The notes: a model not told the origin generated them from the letters alone. A stretch of 64,000 nucleotides of DNA from an uncultured Nitrospiraceae bacterium (GCA_963730935.1 CAVSTP010000004.1:1757091-1821090); one strand, 5' to 3'. Shown: positions 1-11,616, numbered from the stretch's first letter. Program-made: numbers and translations.

Positions 1-281
1 GTATGGTAGCAGCATAGTAGCAGAGGGCACCTTATCCCAGAGCGAGAGAAACTACTGTCCGGAGTCCTAGGGCTAATGTTGCGCTCACGCCACCGCGCCG
101 GCATTCATTCTCGCTGATAGTCATTCGAATACCTACGAAGACACACTAAGGTTTTTGCCTTGGGTGTTACTAGGTGAACGCCTAGTCTCTTATGCCGAAC
201 AGTTTATATATATACTCTGTGGCGAGATGAACCCGTATTGTAGTGAGTGATATGAGGCCATTTTCACCGTAGGAGCTAGAA

Positions 282-1841
282 ATGACGCGATTGTCCAGAA
301 GGCCACTGGCCTCAACACTACCCCTATTGCTGTTGGCAGGCCTGTTCCTTAACGCGTGTAGCAGTGGTGGAGGCGATGGAAGCGCAGGCACTCCGCCGGG
401 AAGCCCTCCGCCGTCTGGACCCACACCCCCACCGCCCGTCGCCGGACTCGTTCAGCAAGGCTATCTTAAAGCGTCAAATACCGGCGCTAACGATAATCTT
501 GGATTTAATGTCGTGCTTTCCGGTGACACGCTGGTCGTGGGAGCCCCGCAGGAAGGAAGTAGTGCGACTGGGGTGAATGGCGATCAAGCGAACAATAACG
601 CGCAAAACAGCGGCGCCGTCTATGTCTTCACGCGGACCGGCGGCGTCTGGACCCAGCAGGCCTATCTCAAGGCCTCGAATACCGACGCTAATGACCAGTT
701 CGGGGTAGGCGTTGCGATCTCAGGCGACACGCTTGCGGTTGGAGCGCAGTTTGAGGCCAGCAATGCGACGGGCATCAATGGCGATCAGACCAACAATAGT
801 GCGCCCCAGGCCGGAGCCGTCTATGTGTTCACGCGGACCGCAGGGGTCTGGTCTCAGCAGGCCTACCTCAAAGGTCATAATACTGAAGCGGGCGACCAGT
901 TCGGCGTCAGCGTGGCCGTAGAAGGCGACACGTTAGCCGTCGGAGCGATCGCCGAGGCCAGCAATGCAACGGGCGTCAATCATGATGGGAGTAACAATAA
1001 CGCGCCAGGCAGCGGCGCCGTCTATGTGTTCACGCGGACCGCAGGGGTCTGGTCTCAGCAAGCCTATGTCAAAGCCTCAAACGCCGGAGGCCTATTCGGG
1101 AATAGTGTTGCTCTTGCCGGCGACACGCTCGCGGTGGGCGCGCAGTTTGAGGCCAGTAATGCGACGGGCGTGAATGGCAATCAGACCGACACAAGCGCGC
1201 CGCTCGCCGGAGCGGTGTATGTGTTCACGCGGACCGGAGGGAACTGGACTCAGCAGGCCTATGTCAAGGCCTCGAATACCGATGCCGAGGATAGATTCGG
1301 AGAAGATGTCGCTCTAGACGGTGACACCCTTGTGGTCGGAGCGCGGTTTGAAGCCAGTGCTGCAAGCGGGGTCAATGCCGATCAGACCGACAATAGTGCG
1401 ACCAACGCCGGAGCCGCCTATGTCTTTACACGGACGGCGGGGGTCTGGTCTCAACAAGCTTATCTCAAAGCCTCCAACGCTGGCACTGGTAAGAATTTCG
1501 CCGGAACCATTACCATTGCGGGAAATATCGTGGCTGTTGGTTCACGGCTCGAAGATAGCAATGCGACCGGGATCAATGGCAATCAGGGGAACAATGGCGC
1601 ATCGGATAGCGGCGCGGTCTATGTGTTCAAGCGTACCGCCGGGGTTTGGGAGCAGACAGACTATTTAAAAGCCTCCAACACGAACGCGGGGGACCAGTTT
1701 GGGGATGCTGTCGCTATCTCTGGCAATACGCTAGCCATTGGAGCATGGTTTGAAGGAAGCAGTGCGACCGGCGTGAACGGCAATCAAGCCGATAACAACG
1801 CCCCAAACAGCGGGGCCGTCTATGTATTCGACGGTCTGTAA
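282..1841 (+). CDS. FG-GAP/integrin-alpha-like beta-propeller repeat lipoprotein
   Basis: Lipobox (FLNAC), Pro/Gly linker, then ~7 repeats of FGxxVA.xGDTLAVGA...GAVYVFTRTxGVWSQQAYLKASN. Confidence 0.88.
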   Translation: MTRLSRRPLASTLPLLLLAGLFLNACSSGGGDGSAGTPPGSPPPSGPTPPPPVAGLVQQGYLKASNTGANDNLGFNVVLSGDTLVVGAPQEGSSATGVNGDQANNNAQNSGAVYVFTRTGGVWTQQAYLKASNTDANDQFGVGVAISGDTLAVGAQFEASNATGINGDQTNNSAPQAGAVYVFTRTAGVWSQQAYLKGHNTEAGDQFGVSVAVEGDTLAVGAIAEASNATGVNHDGSNNNAPGSGAVYVFTRTAGVWSQQAYVKASNAGGLFGNSVALAGDTLAVGAQFEASNATGVNGNQTDTSAPLAGAVYVFTRTGGNWTQQAYVKASNTDAEDRFGEDVALDGDTLVVGARFEASAASGVNADQTDNSATNAGAAYVFTRTAGVWSQQAYLKASNAGTGKNFAGTITIAGNIVAVGSRLEDSNATGINGNQGNNGASDSGAVYVFKRTAGVWEQTDYLKASNTNAGDQFGDAVAISGNTLAIGAWFEGSSATGVNGNQADNNAPNSGAVYVFDGL

Positions 1842-2484
1842 GGGCATCAACGGATGACTTCATTCTTGGGATGGGGGACCGTGCTCGTCTAGCGCATGGC
1901 CGGCCACTGATGATTTGATAAATAATCAGAGTTTAGTCAACCATGCACCGAGGTTCGGGAAGGGGCAATCCAGCGGTAATGTCGCAGGCATACTGCCCTG
2001 ATACCTAACATGTCACCAAAGGCCGAAAAGAGAGGGCCATGACCTGCGTTTATTAGTTCGCTGCCATTTCACAAACTCCTAACAGAGGGCGCAGTTAGAA
2101 AGTCCTTCCACCATACGGCTACCGGTTAAAATCGAACTTGTGTTAGCGGAAGGTGCTGGAGCCGGAGACCCCAGGGCATTGAATGGTGCTATGCAGGTAA
2201 TCGCCCGAGATACGTCTGACCTATCAAAACAAGGGTTTTCACCCATGTCAGAACTGACAGTAGGCAGGACTCTTGCCCGATGGTAGAAGTCTCTCAAAAA
2301 TGGAGTTGACCTCGAGTCAGGCTTCGCAGATCCCGCAGGCCGTCGTGGTATGTGGAGTCTACAGCCGGTCCAGATCTCGCAGGTACTCTCCGCAACATCT
2401 GGAGGCGATGGCTGAATACTTTTGAGCTTCCACCCTCCGTGGTATGCACCCTTCAATGGCAATGGCAATGGAAAGGAGGTCGTG

Positions 2485-2847
2485 ATGGGTTTCCTCGCTA
2501 CAATCTTTGAAAAGCTCGGTTTTGGCCCTGCCGCTGCCCAAGCAGCTCCCGAGGCCACACCGACGGCGCCTTCGAGGGCGATCACTGCAATCGATGTCGT
2601 TGCCAAGCTCGAGAACCTGGCAGGCAAGCGCGACGAAAAGCTCAATTGGAAGGTGTCGATCGTGGATCTCCTGAAGCTCCTCGGAATTGACAGTAGCCTT
2701 AATGCGAGAAAGGCACTGGCCACAGAGCTCGGATGTCCCGCCGAGAAAATGGGCGATTCGGCGCAGATGAACATGTGGCTGCACAAGACAGTGCTGAAAA
2801 AGCTAGCTGACAATGGAGGCAACATTCCGAAGGAACTCGTGGATTAG
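2485..2847 (+). CDS. DUF3597 domain protein
   Basis: AGGAGG RBS before ATG 2485; LNWKVSIVDLLKLLGIDSSLNARKALATELG...SAQMNMWLHKTVLKKLADNGG is typical of the family. Confidence 0.85.
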   Translation: MGFLATIFEKLGFGPAAAQAAPEATPTAPSRAITAIDVVAKLENLAGKRDEKLNWKVSIVDLLKLLGIDSSLNARKALATELGCPAEKMGDSAQMNMWLHKTVLKKLADNGGNIPKELVD

Positions 2848-2964
2848 TGGAGCCGAGAAACGAATGGGAAGTGTCTTGCTTGCCGAAGCAGCTGGCAGCG
2901 CGTTCGCGCATGCGCGTCAGTTCTCGTGCGTAAACGCTCAATCATCTCACCGCAGAATGGAGAT

Positions 2965-3258
2965 ATGCCGATGGACATTACAAGTCTCATCATCAACCTG
3001 ATCAGTGGCGTGGTCGGCGGGAACGCGGCGGGCACAGCCATGCCGGACAAGAGCCTTGGCACCTTGGGAAATTCTTTGGCCGGCTTGCTGGGAGGCGGGG
3101 TCGGAGGGGCGATCCTGCAAGCGATCGTCCCGGCTTTGGCTCAAGGGGGCGGCAGCGACATCGGGACGATCATCGGCAACATCGCTGGAGGCGGAGTCGG
3201 TGGCGGTCTGCTCATGATCCTCACCTCGATGATCAAGAAAGCCTTCGCAGCAGCGTAA
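2965..3258 (+). CDS. small Gly-rich membrane protein
   Basis: Hydrophobic Gly-rich ORF (LISGVVGGNAAG...GNIAGGGVGG), GGAG upstream. Confidence 0.7.
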   Translation: MPMDITSLIINLISGVVGGNAAGTAMPDKSLGTLGNSLAGLLGGGVGGAILQAIVPALAQGGGSDIGTIIGNIAGGGVGGGLLMILTSMIKKAFAAA

Positions 3259-3401
3259 TCTCCTGCCGGGGCATCGTATGGATCGAAGATGCGCCCAGCG
3301 GTTCACCGCAGACCGTATCGGCGTCGAGCAATGTAGATTAAGAATATCAGCAAAGATCGTGTCAAAGGCTTATCACCTCGTACCATGAAGGAGGCTGGAA
3401 C

Positions 3402-3677
3402 ATGAGAACACTTCCATTGGCTGCAGGCATTGCGATCCTTTCAACAATGGGATTCATCAGTGCGCCATTCGCGGGAGAAACCTCCGCCACGATGGAGAAA
3501 GCGAAGGGAGAAACGAAGGCCCTCGTCGAGGAAGGGAAGGGACAGACGAAAGGCGCCGTGGAAGACGTGAAGGGCAACAAGACGAGCGCCGAGGTAGAAC
3601 GCACAAAAGGCAAGGCAAAGGCTGAGACGGAACGCGCTAAGGGACAAGCTAATGCGATGAAGGAGAAGGCCAAATAG
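3402..3677 (+). CDS. small secreted K/E/A-rich protein (CsbD-like stress protein)
   Basis: GGAGG RBS, signal peptide, repeated EKAKGETK/ERTKGKAK units. Confidence 0.6.
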   Translation: MRTLPLAAGIAILSTMGFISAPFAGETSATMEKAKGETKALVEEGKGQTKGAVEDVKGNKTSAEVERTKGKAKAETERAKGQANAMKEKAK

Positions 3678-3876
3678 GACTAGCTAGGAAGTTCAGAGAA
3701 AGACTGCAGCACGAAGCACTTTTTGGCAGGCTCGATAAGGGGCACCCGGGGGGAGGAGGTTTGTGATGGCAACATCATGGAACATGGTGCGTTAGGCTGG
3801 CAACAAGCTGGCACGAGGATCGAACTCCGCTAAATACGGATCAACTAAGTCCGTGTTGGGGTTGATCGCTATTATT

Positions 3877-3966
3877 TTGCTCGACCATATCTTCATAACC
3901 GTCACGGATCTTGGCCGCTCTATTGCCTTCTACGAGAGGGCTCTCAAGCCGCTCGGGATCACAGGC
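3877..3966 (+). pseudogene. N-terminal fragment of VOC/glyoxalase family gene
   Basis: LDHIFITVTDLGRSIAFYERALKPLG matches a VOC N-terminus; similarity ends just before the repeat at 3996. Confidence 0.7.
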
Positions 3967-3995
3967 CACGCACTGTCAACAATTACAGGCCCCGT

Positions 3996-4122
3996 ACCTA
4001 CGGTTTACGACTTTCAGCAAGTCCAAACTCAGACAACCTGAACCCAAACAACAAACCAGGTAGTTCCTGAGATGGGTACAGGTGGGCCTGAGTTTTCCTG
4101 TTCTGGTAGCAGCGTGGTAGCA
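3996..4122 (+). repeat. ~130-bp att/arm-like repeat, copy A
   Basis: ACCTACGGTTTACGA...CTCAGACAACCT...CCTGTTCTGGTAGCAGCGTGGTAGCA; homologous to copies at 21145, 22403, 29115, 38058, 43578. Confidence 0.85.
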
Positions 4123-4167
4123 AGATGCTGAGGACCAAGAAGCTCTTAAAGGGGTCACTGATGTAAG

Positions 4168-4205
4168 TGGTGAGCCGAGTGGGACTCGAACTCAAAACCC
4201 TCTGA
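4168..4205 (-). mobile_element. tRNA 3'-half fragment (probably tRNA-Lys), att-site remnant
   Basis: Minus strand reads TCAGAGGGTTTTGAGTTCGAGTCCCACTCGGCTCACCA (T-loop, acceptor 3' strand, CCA); 5' half absent. Confidence 0.7.
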
Positions 4206-4244
4206 GACACTTGGCACAGAGCGTGGGTAAGTACCCAAAAGATT

Positions 4245-4841
4245 CTACGAGTAGTAGTAAGCAGAGATGAGAATGACGATCGCGAAGCTGGCTAGCAGAC
4301 ATGCTTCACCTCGATAAAACCAATTCAAATGTGTTTTATGCAGAGCTGTGGAATGGAGCAAGGCTCCAGCTGTGATCCATCCATATGCGACTCCAGTGCA
4401 GATCGCTGAAAAGCTAACCAAATAGGGAAATATTTCATTGGATACTCGACTAGGAAAAATAAGAAACGCAAAAACTAAGTTCTTTGGGTTTACCAGGGTT
4501 GTGAAGAACACCCGACGAAAACTGATCGGATGAGAAGCCTCAACTTTGTGTTCTTCCCACCGCCAGAGCCATACAGCCATCTGAGCAAGATAGATGCTGC
4601 ACAAGATGCGGAGAAGCTGGCCAACCGTTGAGTGAATTCTAGAAACAGGTTCAATTACCTCAACCAAAAAGGATATAGAAATGAGATACGCTAACAACTC
4701 AGCGAGAATGAGGTTAAGGCTAGCCCGTAAACCACGTGTCACCCCCGATACAAAGAGAAGTGAATTCGTCGGCCCTGGAACGGCTAGCACGCCAAAGACT
4801 TCAAAAACAAAGATGGCTTGGCTGTATTCGATGACACTCAC
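4245..4841 (-). CDS. LysE/RhtB family translocator
   Basis: VPGPTNSLL motif, TTLVNPKNLVF motif, multiple TM segments. Confidence 0.8.
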   Translation of the reverse strand: MSVIEYSQAIFVFEVFGVLAVPGPTNSLLFVSGVTRGLRASLNLILAELLAYLISISFLVEVIEPVSRIHSTVGQLLRILCSIYLAQMAVWLWRWEEHKVEASHPISFRRVFFTTLVNPKNLVFAFLIFPSRVSNEIFPYLVSFSAICTGVAYGWITAGALLHSTALHKTHLNWFYRGEACLLASFAIVILISAYYYS

Positions 4842-5070
4842 AGCCAGCGAATGGCGGAAGTGTCCGGAAGGGCTGGTTTTGACTTGGCGCGTGACTTCCG
4901 GCTGGCCTCAGCAGTAATGGACTTCTTCCACTTTGAAAAAGGCTTCCGCCGCCGCTTTTTCCGGCTGACTTTTTTTGGGGGGCGCTTTGTCTTCATAAGT
5001 GCGCAGCTCGATTTCGATCAAGATCAAGGGTCTAGGCGCTCGGGATAAAGCACTGCCATAGGTGGAAAGA

Positions 5071-5532
5071 CTAATTTCTGTTGACCAATCCAAGGAAGCT
5101 GATCGACTCTCTGGCAGCGGCTCGGGCTTTGATCGCCGGGTTGAGTAATCTACCAGGATCAGCATGGGAGCCGATTTCCGAGACCCGCTTACATTGATTG
5201 ATCACTTCATTGAGTGAGACCGACGCCTGAGTCCGGCGAGGATCCGATGAAGGAATCTGCGTCAAGAGCGTTTCCGCATGCCTTGAGGCCTCTGCGCAAT
5301 GATAGATAATGGCCTTGGCATCGCCCATGCCACCATGCGCCACCATCTCCTCGGCATTTTTGATCAAGGCGTCTGCCTGCTCTTGGAGCGTACTGTCAGA
5401 GGGCTGAGCAGCATGCACGGCGGCATGGCTCGAACCCAGCGACTTGTCTGGATCCACGCTTCCCACGCTTCCCACTAGACAGACAAGGAGTATGAGTGAT
5501 GCCAGGGCTAGGGATTTGCCGTTGAATCCCAT
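5071..5532 (-). CDS. secreted small metal-binding protein (SmbP-like)
   Basis: Signal peptide, helical His/Cys-containing body (AEEMVAHGGMGD...YHCAEASRHA); last gene of the oxidase operon. Confidence 0.5.
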   Translation of the reverse strand: MGFNGKSLALASLILLVCLVGSVGSVDPDKSLGSSHAAVHAAQPSDSTLQEQADALIKNAEEMVAHGGMGDAKAIIYHCAEASRHAETLLTQIPSSDPRRTQASVSLNEVINQCKRVSEIGSHADPGRLLNPAIKARAAARESISFLGLVNRN

Positions 5533-6035
5533 TAGTACCGTCCCGGCAATTCCTTGGGTGTGGAGGTCAGTTCACGATAGAGGCGGTGAAATTCTTCATT
5601 GGTCAGGCCCGGGTCTTGGAGCTTGGCAAGAGTAGTCTCGTCGATGGGGTACTCGACCGTGTCGTCGAAATTTGACGAGGCAATAGTGACGAACCTGGGA
5701 GGAAAGAGCCGCTCCGGCAACAGAATACCCACACCAAGATTGTATTTCACCGCCAGCCGGATGGCCTCTCTCGCATTGTCGGCCGGTACATCGCGTCCCA
5801 AGCCGATGTTCTGCGGCGGCTGGCCGCGCTTGACAAATTGAAAATGCACATTGGTCATCCCGGCATGCGCGAATTCTTCGGTGAGGGCAGGCACTTGATT
5901 CTTATACTGATTGGCCAGCACGACTTCCACACGGCTGACCGGCGGAATGGAGGGTCCTTCCGCTGAAACGGACAGTCCTGGCAGCACCGCAGAGGTCGTG
6001 AACGCAATGGCAAGGATGCGTCGTGACCATTTCAT
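5532..6035 (-). CDS. secreted hypothetical protein in the oxidase operon
   Basis: MKWSRRILAIAF signal peptide; start overlaps the upstream stop (ATGA). Confidence 0.7.
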   Translation of the reverse strand: MKWSRRILAIAFTTSAVLPGLSVSAEGPSIPPVSRVEVVLANQYKNQVPALTEEFAHAGMTNVHFQFVKRGQPPQNIGLGRDVPADNAREAIRLAVKYNLGVGILLPERLFPPRFVTIASSNFDDTVEYPIDETTLAKLQDPGLTNEEFHRLYRELTSTPKELPGRY

Positions 6036-6808
6036 GGGTTCACCCTGAAACTGAATTCCGCGGCAGTCGTCCCCTTTTCCGCGACCGTCACGGTACGTTC
6101 CTGCTCGCCTAACATCGGATGCCAAGCCTTGATGCGATAGGTCCCCGCCGGAAGGTCAGGAATCGAGAAGGTCCCTTCGAGGCCGGTGACGGCGTAATAC
6201 GGATTCTCCACGGCCAATCCATGCCCTTGCATGTACGGATGCATGCCGCATTGCATGGTCACACCGCGGCGGTTCGCCGTAAAACGGATCGTATCGCTGG
6301 TCCCCGATTTCGTCAGAGCCGGGCGGTGGAACATGATGTAGATATGCTCACGCTCCCGTTCGTAGAACTGCAAGTCGTGCGAGACCGAGTCCAAATTCTT
6401 CACGATGAGCGGATGGTGATCTCGCACCACGGAGACGAACGGCACGAATTGGCAGATGTTCGCCTCGAGCCGTGTCTCCTCGAACGCAAACGGCTTTCCC
6501 TTTTCAACCCCTTCTATCGTCACGACCACGTCTTTCAATCCACCTTGCGCCCCCACGTTCACCTGCCGCAGCTGCCGATATCCTGTCCCGTCGGACAGCG
6601 CACCACAATAGACGCGATCAGGATAGCGCCAGAGTTCAAATGCGGTGGGAACCGGGACATCCCCGACAAAGGTAACGGTGCCCGTCACTGTCCCGCCGTT
6701 CGTCACACCTGTCTCTTCATAGGCCGAGACGGCCGTCGGCACAATGATCGAGCAGCCCAGCACGAGCACGATCCAGAAGGTAGCACTCATCTTTCGAGGC
6801 TTCAGCAT
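6032..6808 (-). CDS. carboxypeptidase-regulatory-like/cupredoxin-like periplasmic protein
   Basis: GGTVTGTVTF, CQFVPFV, H...CGMHPYM, GTFSIPDLPAGTYRIKAWHP motifs; start uncertain (6808 or 6790). Confidence 0.75.
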   Translation of the reverse strand: MLKPRKMSATFWIVLVLGCSIIVPTAVSAYEETGVTNGGTVTGTVTFVGDVPVPTAFELWRYPDRVYCGALSDGTGYRQLRQVNVGAQGGLKDVVVTIEGVEKGKPFAFEETRLEANICQFVPFVSVVRDHHPLIVKNLDSVSHDLQFYEREREHIYIMFHRPALTKSGTSDTIRFTANRRGVTMQCGMHPYMQGHGLAVENPYYAVTGLEGTFSIPDLPAGTYRIKAWHPMLGEQERTVTVAEKGTTAAEFSFRVNP

Positions 6809-6832
6809 GATGATCAAATCGGGCGTCGCGCC

Positions 6833-6857
6833 CATGGGGGAGCAACGCTCCCCCATG
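6833..6857. other. perfect intergenic hairpin (11-bp stem)
   Basis: CATGGGGGAGC-AAC-GCTCCCCCATG between the oxidase and the next gene. Confidence 0.6.
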
Positions 6858-6872
6858 CGTTGTGACGCGGCT

Positions 6873-9800
6873 TATTGTCCGATCGTCGACGTCCGAAACA
6901 ACTCCCCGCCGTTCTCCTGTTCCGCGTGCTTCGTGGGCGGAACCTGGGCATGAGCGGGAGAATCCGTTGATCATCGATCGGCATCACCTTGAACAGTCCC
7001 CACTGCCCGGCGTTCGCAAATGCCGGCCGTTGGTTTTTCCACAGATAGTCGCCGACGATCTTGTTCGGACCTCCGGCTCCACCGGTGAGATACGCATTGA
7101 TGACCTCGGAGCCGCCGAACTCCATGGTGCTGACCTGATCGGCGCCCACCATGTAGGGCTCATGCGGCCACTCGTGACCGTCGACCGTAAACAGCTGAAC
7201 CTGCTCGCTGAACACGCCCAACACATGGATCGCCACCGGATCTCCCACATGGGCCTGCAGGAGGGGCGTGGACAGCGCGTCGCCGGTCTTTACACAGCTG
7301 AAGACCTCCGACACTTCGCAGCCTTTCTCGACCCGCCAGGCGGTCGGTTCGGACCGATAGTTCACCGCCGTGATGCCGGCCACCTGCTGGATGTAGGGCA
7401 TGAAGCTGACGCCCACGATATTGTCTTCATCCTGGAACATCAGCGAGAAGTCGCGGTAGTTTTTCCGGTTGTCATTCCCGGGGATCGTCCGATCCACGAT
7501 GACGTCCGCCCGCCAGCTGCTCTTCATCGTGATATCGTCGCCGGTGACCGGATCGCGATAGCGTGATCCCTTCGGTCCGACGATGATGGATCCGAACAAG
7601 CCCGTTCCGCGGATTCTCCACGACGTTGCCCCAATCTTGAATCATGGCGGCCAACTCGCCGTACTCCGGATGCGCGTAAAACGTGTAGGTCTTGCTCTCT
7701 CCGGGTCCGATCGTCTGATCACCCGGATTGTTGCCGACATTGGCGCCGAACGAATCTTTCGGATCGAACGCCATCATGTCCACGTGGAAGCCGGCGCGCT
7801 CCTTGGCCATTTCGTTCTTCAGATTGATCTTGATGCAGTCGCCGACGTTGACGTGCAACGTCAAGGGCTGGGACTGCAGTTCGCCGGCCTTCACGCGCCC
7901 GCGATCGCCGTCCAGCACGTACATCTTGCCCTGCTCGTTCCCGAACACCATCTTGCGCTCCAGATCGACTTCCATGACGCCCGGCGCCCCTTCATGGTAC
8001 CGGATGTTCTGATCGATCGCCGAGACGTTGAAGGTCTTCACCGGAGCGTCTGCCGGACAGACCGACGGCGCGGATTTTTGAATCTGCTCACGGCCGGGCA
8101 AGGGCTTCAGATCTCCTTGCAGTTCATCGAAGACCCGGAACAGTCCCCAGCTGCCTTCCGCGAAGTGAGACGCGCGGCCGCTGTAGTAGAGGTAGTCTCC
8201 AGCCTGTTTTTGCGGTCCACCTGCTGCGGGAATCGCCGGATCGTAGCGTTCGCCGATGGCCAGGTGAATCGTGCTGCGCGGCATGGCCGTCGTGCCATAG
8301 CGTTCCATCGGGAACCAATGGCCCGTCACATGCCACGTATGCACTTCGTTGGCTGATCCCACCAACGCACGCACCAAAATCGGATCACCCAGATACGCCC
8401 TCAGCAGCGGCGTGCCAGGGTCTCCGTGGATGCCGGATACAAAGAGCTTCGACGCATCTGGATTATTGGCCAAGCGCACGCTCAGCGGTTCGACCCGCAT
8501 GCTATAGCCGCTTCCGGTCGTCGCTTCACCGCCGTTCAAGAACCACATGGCGGACTTATTGATCCGCTCGGGGAACTGATGCGAGGGAGGCCCATCGACC
8601 GTTACCGCACCAATTCTGGCCTGTGGATTGTCGGTCGTGATCAGCTCTGCCGCTGCGCGCGTTGCTGTCCATGATATGCATCATGACTTCCCGGAAGCTG
8701 CCCCGGATTTGCGCCGACACCGGCTCCAAGGTATGGATGTCGGCGATGGGGCCGCTCCGGATTTCTTTGCCGGTGACCGGGTCATGATAGGTCGACCGTG
8801 GCGGCTCGGTAATGAACGCCGAGAACAGCCCGTGTCCCCAGGTATCGGTGCCGAACACATGGTCGTGCCAGTACACCGTCCCGAAATCCGCATCGACATA
8901 CCAGCGCTCGCGGATGAACTCGACGCTCGCGATGTCGTTCTTCTTGTGCGCATACTTCAACGGCGCGTCGAAGGTGACGGTCTTGCCCTTGATCTCCTTG
9001 ATCCGTGCCACTTCGAAATACTTCGGATCGTCCATGCCGACGCCCAGCTCGATATTGGGATGAAACTTCGACGGATTCGTTCACCGTGATGCTGCGTGCA
9101 CCGGCCTTCGTGTCGGCCAGTCAGCACCGTGTTGCCCGGCAAGGGCATGCCTTTGTCGGGTTGCGGATCTTTCAGCATCGTGAAGGCGCGCAACGACATG
9201 TCGTAGGAGAATCCGATCGTCGGACCATCAGACGCGCTGGTGTCGAACTGGAAGAAATGCGGATGGAGATTGATCTTGTTCGCCCATCCCGTCCGCGCGT
9301 CGTCCGGGATTTCGTTCTTGTAAGATGACGTCGACGCAGTCGTAGACGTTGCCGCGGATCACAAGCGGCACCTGCTTCTTGGGATTCTTGCGGACCTCTG
9401 CCTCTTCTTCGTGGAGCACGAAGATCATGCCGATGGGATCCACGATCGCCGGCGGACTTTGGCGGTCGCCGGCTTCAGCGTGATCGGCAGGGTGATGGAG
9501 TGGATCGTGTAGAACTTGCGCGGAGAATTTTCCGGACAAAGGCTCCACGGTCCCTGCTCGCCCGGCTTTGCCTGCTCCGTGCTGCTGCGTGCCGTCCTCC
9601 CGGACACGGAAGGGCTCGAGCCACGGCGCTCCGCCATGATTCGGCGCAAAGGGCGGCCGCTTGCCGAGATGCGGACGCAGCCATGGGAACGCCAGTTTGC
9701 CGGTTTGCGGATCGAAGGTGATCGGCGGGCGCTTCAGCGGGGTGGGTGATTCATAGTCCGCCCACTTGTGCGGGGTCTCCGGCTCGTTCAGCGCCGTTGC

Positions 9801-11616
9801 GCCCTCCCACTTCCAGTTCACGACCGTCGCGTCATGGGCTTGAGCCTGCTTCACTTGATCTTCGGTCTTCCCCGGAAACCCCTGCGGCGGCAGCATGTAC
9901 TCGACCCAATCCTTGATCGAGACCTTGACCGGATTGGCTTTCCAATCCGTCTTCTCCTTCGTGATCTCGTACTTCTTCCCACCGTACCAATCCACCGTCG
10001 TGCCGACGAGTTTGTCGGACGAGACGGCCAGTTTAATCTTTCCCTTGCGGTCCGGCAGCTCGACCAGCGGCTTCATGACGTCGGTTTGGAAGCCCGGCGC
10101 CTGCAGGGTGTTGTACACACGCCAGAACCCCCACATGCCCGTCACATAATGCTGCGGAATATGGCAGTGGAACACGAACTCTCCGGCCAAGGCTTGCAAA
10201 CCGCCGGACCCGCCTTCGATCACCTCATCGTAGATCTCGGAGGGACCGATCGATTGCACATCAAGCCGGTCGGACGTATCGCTGATCGGCGGAAACTTCA
10301 CGGGACCGTTCTTCGACAAGGTCGGGATCGATCTTGCTGGTGCCCGGTTGTCTGGCCCAACGGATCGAGCCCCCATGCAATGATGGGAGTGCACGATCTC
10401 GGATCCGCCGACCATCCGGAACTTGGCCGGATCGCCGATGTAGGAGCGCGGAATGGTCGTCGCCGGATCGCCGAACGTATAGGATCCGTAGCCCTGCGAT
10501 TCGTCTGAGAATCCGACCAGATGGCCTTGCAGTTCCAATCTCGTGCCATGCGGTTCGCTGCGATAATTCAAGAGGCGCGCCGCCGGCCGATAGGTATCGG
10601 TGTGTGCATCGCGCTGAGGCAACATGTCGCCCTTGCGGTTCAACAGACGGAAGGTTTCGTCACCGGCCTCATGATAGAAAATCACGAATTCGCGGAAATC
10701 GGAGCCGTTCGCAACGTCGATCATGGCCTCCCAGCCGCTCTTCATTTCTTCTGCCGTGAAGGGGCTCAGATAGCGGGACCCGCGCGGCTCGACGACGAGC
10801 GACCCCAACATGCCGAGGGAGTACTGGTCTCTCGTCGCGTGGCTGTGAAACGCGCGGCCGCCCTCCTGGAGATCAATCGGGATATACCATTCGAATTCGC
10901 CTGTTTTCCCGGTTGCCACCAAGGCATCGGGATTGTTGGCGGTCGCCGGCTTGCCCGGTTTTGGAGACCAGCATTTGAGAGCCATTGACAATGATGTTGG
11001 TCGGCTCGTCGGCAATGTCGTTTTGCAGAGTGATCCGCAAACAATCTCCCTGGTTGGCCCGGATCACCAACGGCTGAATCAGGTCGCCCTGCAAGCCGTT
11101 GGACACCGCACCGCCGGCAAACGTCGGATCCTCGCTCTCCCGCGCCGCCTTGTTCTTTTCTTCCTCTTCACGAATCCCAGGCACATTTTCGGTCAAGGCG
11201 TACATGTATCCCGGATAGAAATCGCCGAAGCGATTCACGGTGATTTCGACATTGATCGCAGTGATATCGAACGCGCGGACCGGTGCGGTCAGGGGGCAAC
11301 GGGCTCCCTGCGACACTTTCACCTTGTCGGGATCTTCCGCCACCAGCAGGACGCCCTGTTGCATCGCGTGGGCGCCGGCTCCCTGGAAGGGTCCTTTCGT
11401 CTGAACTTCCCGCTCGATCTGCTCGATGGCTTTCGACATCTTGTCCTGCAACACCGGTCCTGCTTGTGCATGGACGGGCGTCGCCACATCGGCATGCTGA
11501 TCTTCTGCGACATGAGCATCGTGCAGCATCGCGGCCCATGCCGACGTGCTCATCAGCACAAGACCTGCCGCCAATCCCGCAACCCCGTAGCGGATGTGAC
11601 TTATTGACGTTCCCAT
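6873..11616 (-). CDS. giant multi-domain multicopper oxidase (MnxG-like, ~1570 aa), split by many frameshifts
   Basis: Consecutive overlapping ORFs 10873-11616, 9228-11015, 9425-9649, 8957-9199, 8556-9035, 7472-8548, 6814-7599 form one protein: signal peptide, AFHSH, HSHH, FHCHIPQHYVTGM, YWHDH, HTWHVTGH copper motifs; exact stop uncertain. Confidence 0.85.

Noticed and set aside
6873..11015. Programmed frameshifting in the oxidase
   Set aside because: Too many shifts and no shared slippery motif seen; sequencing error or decay is simpler.
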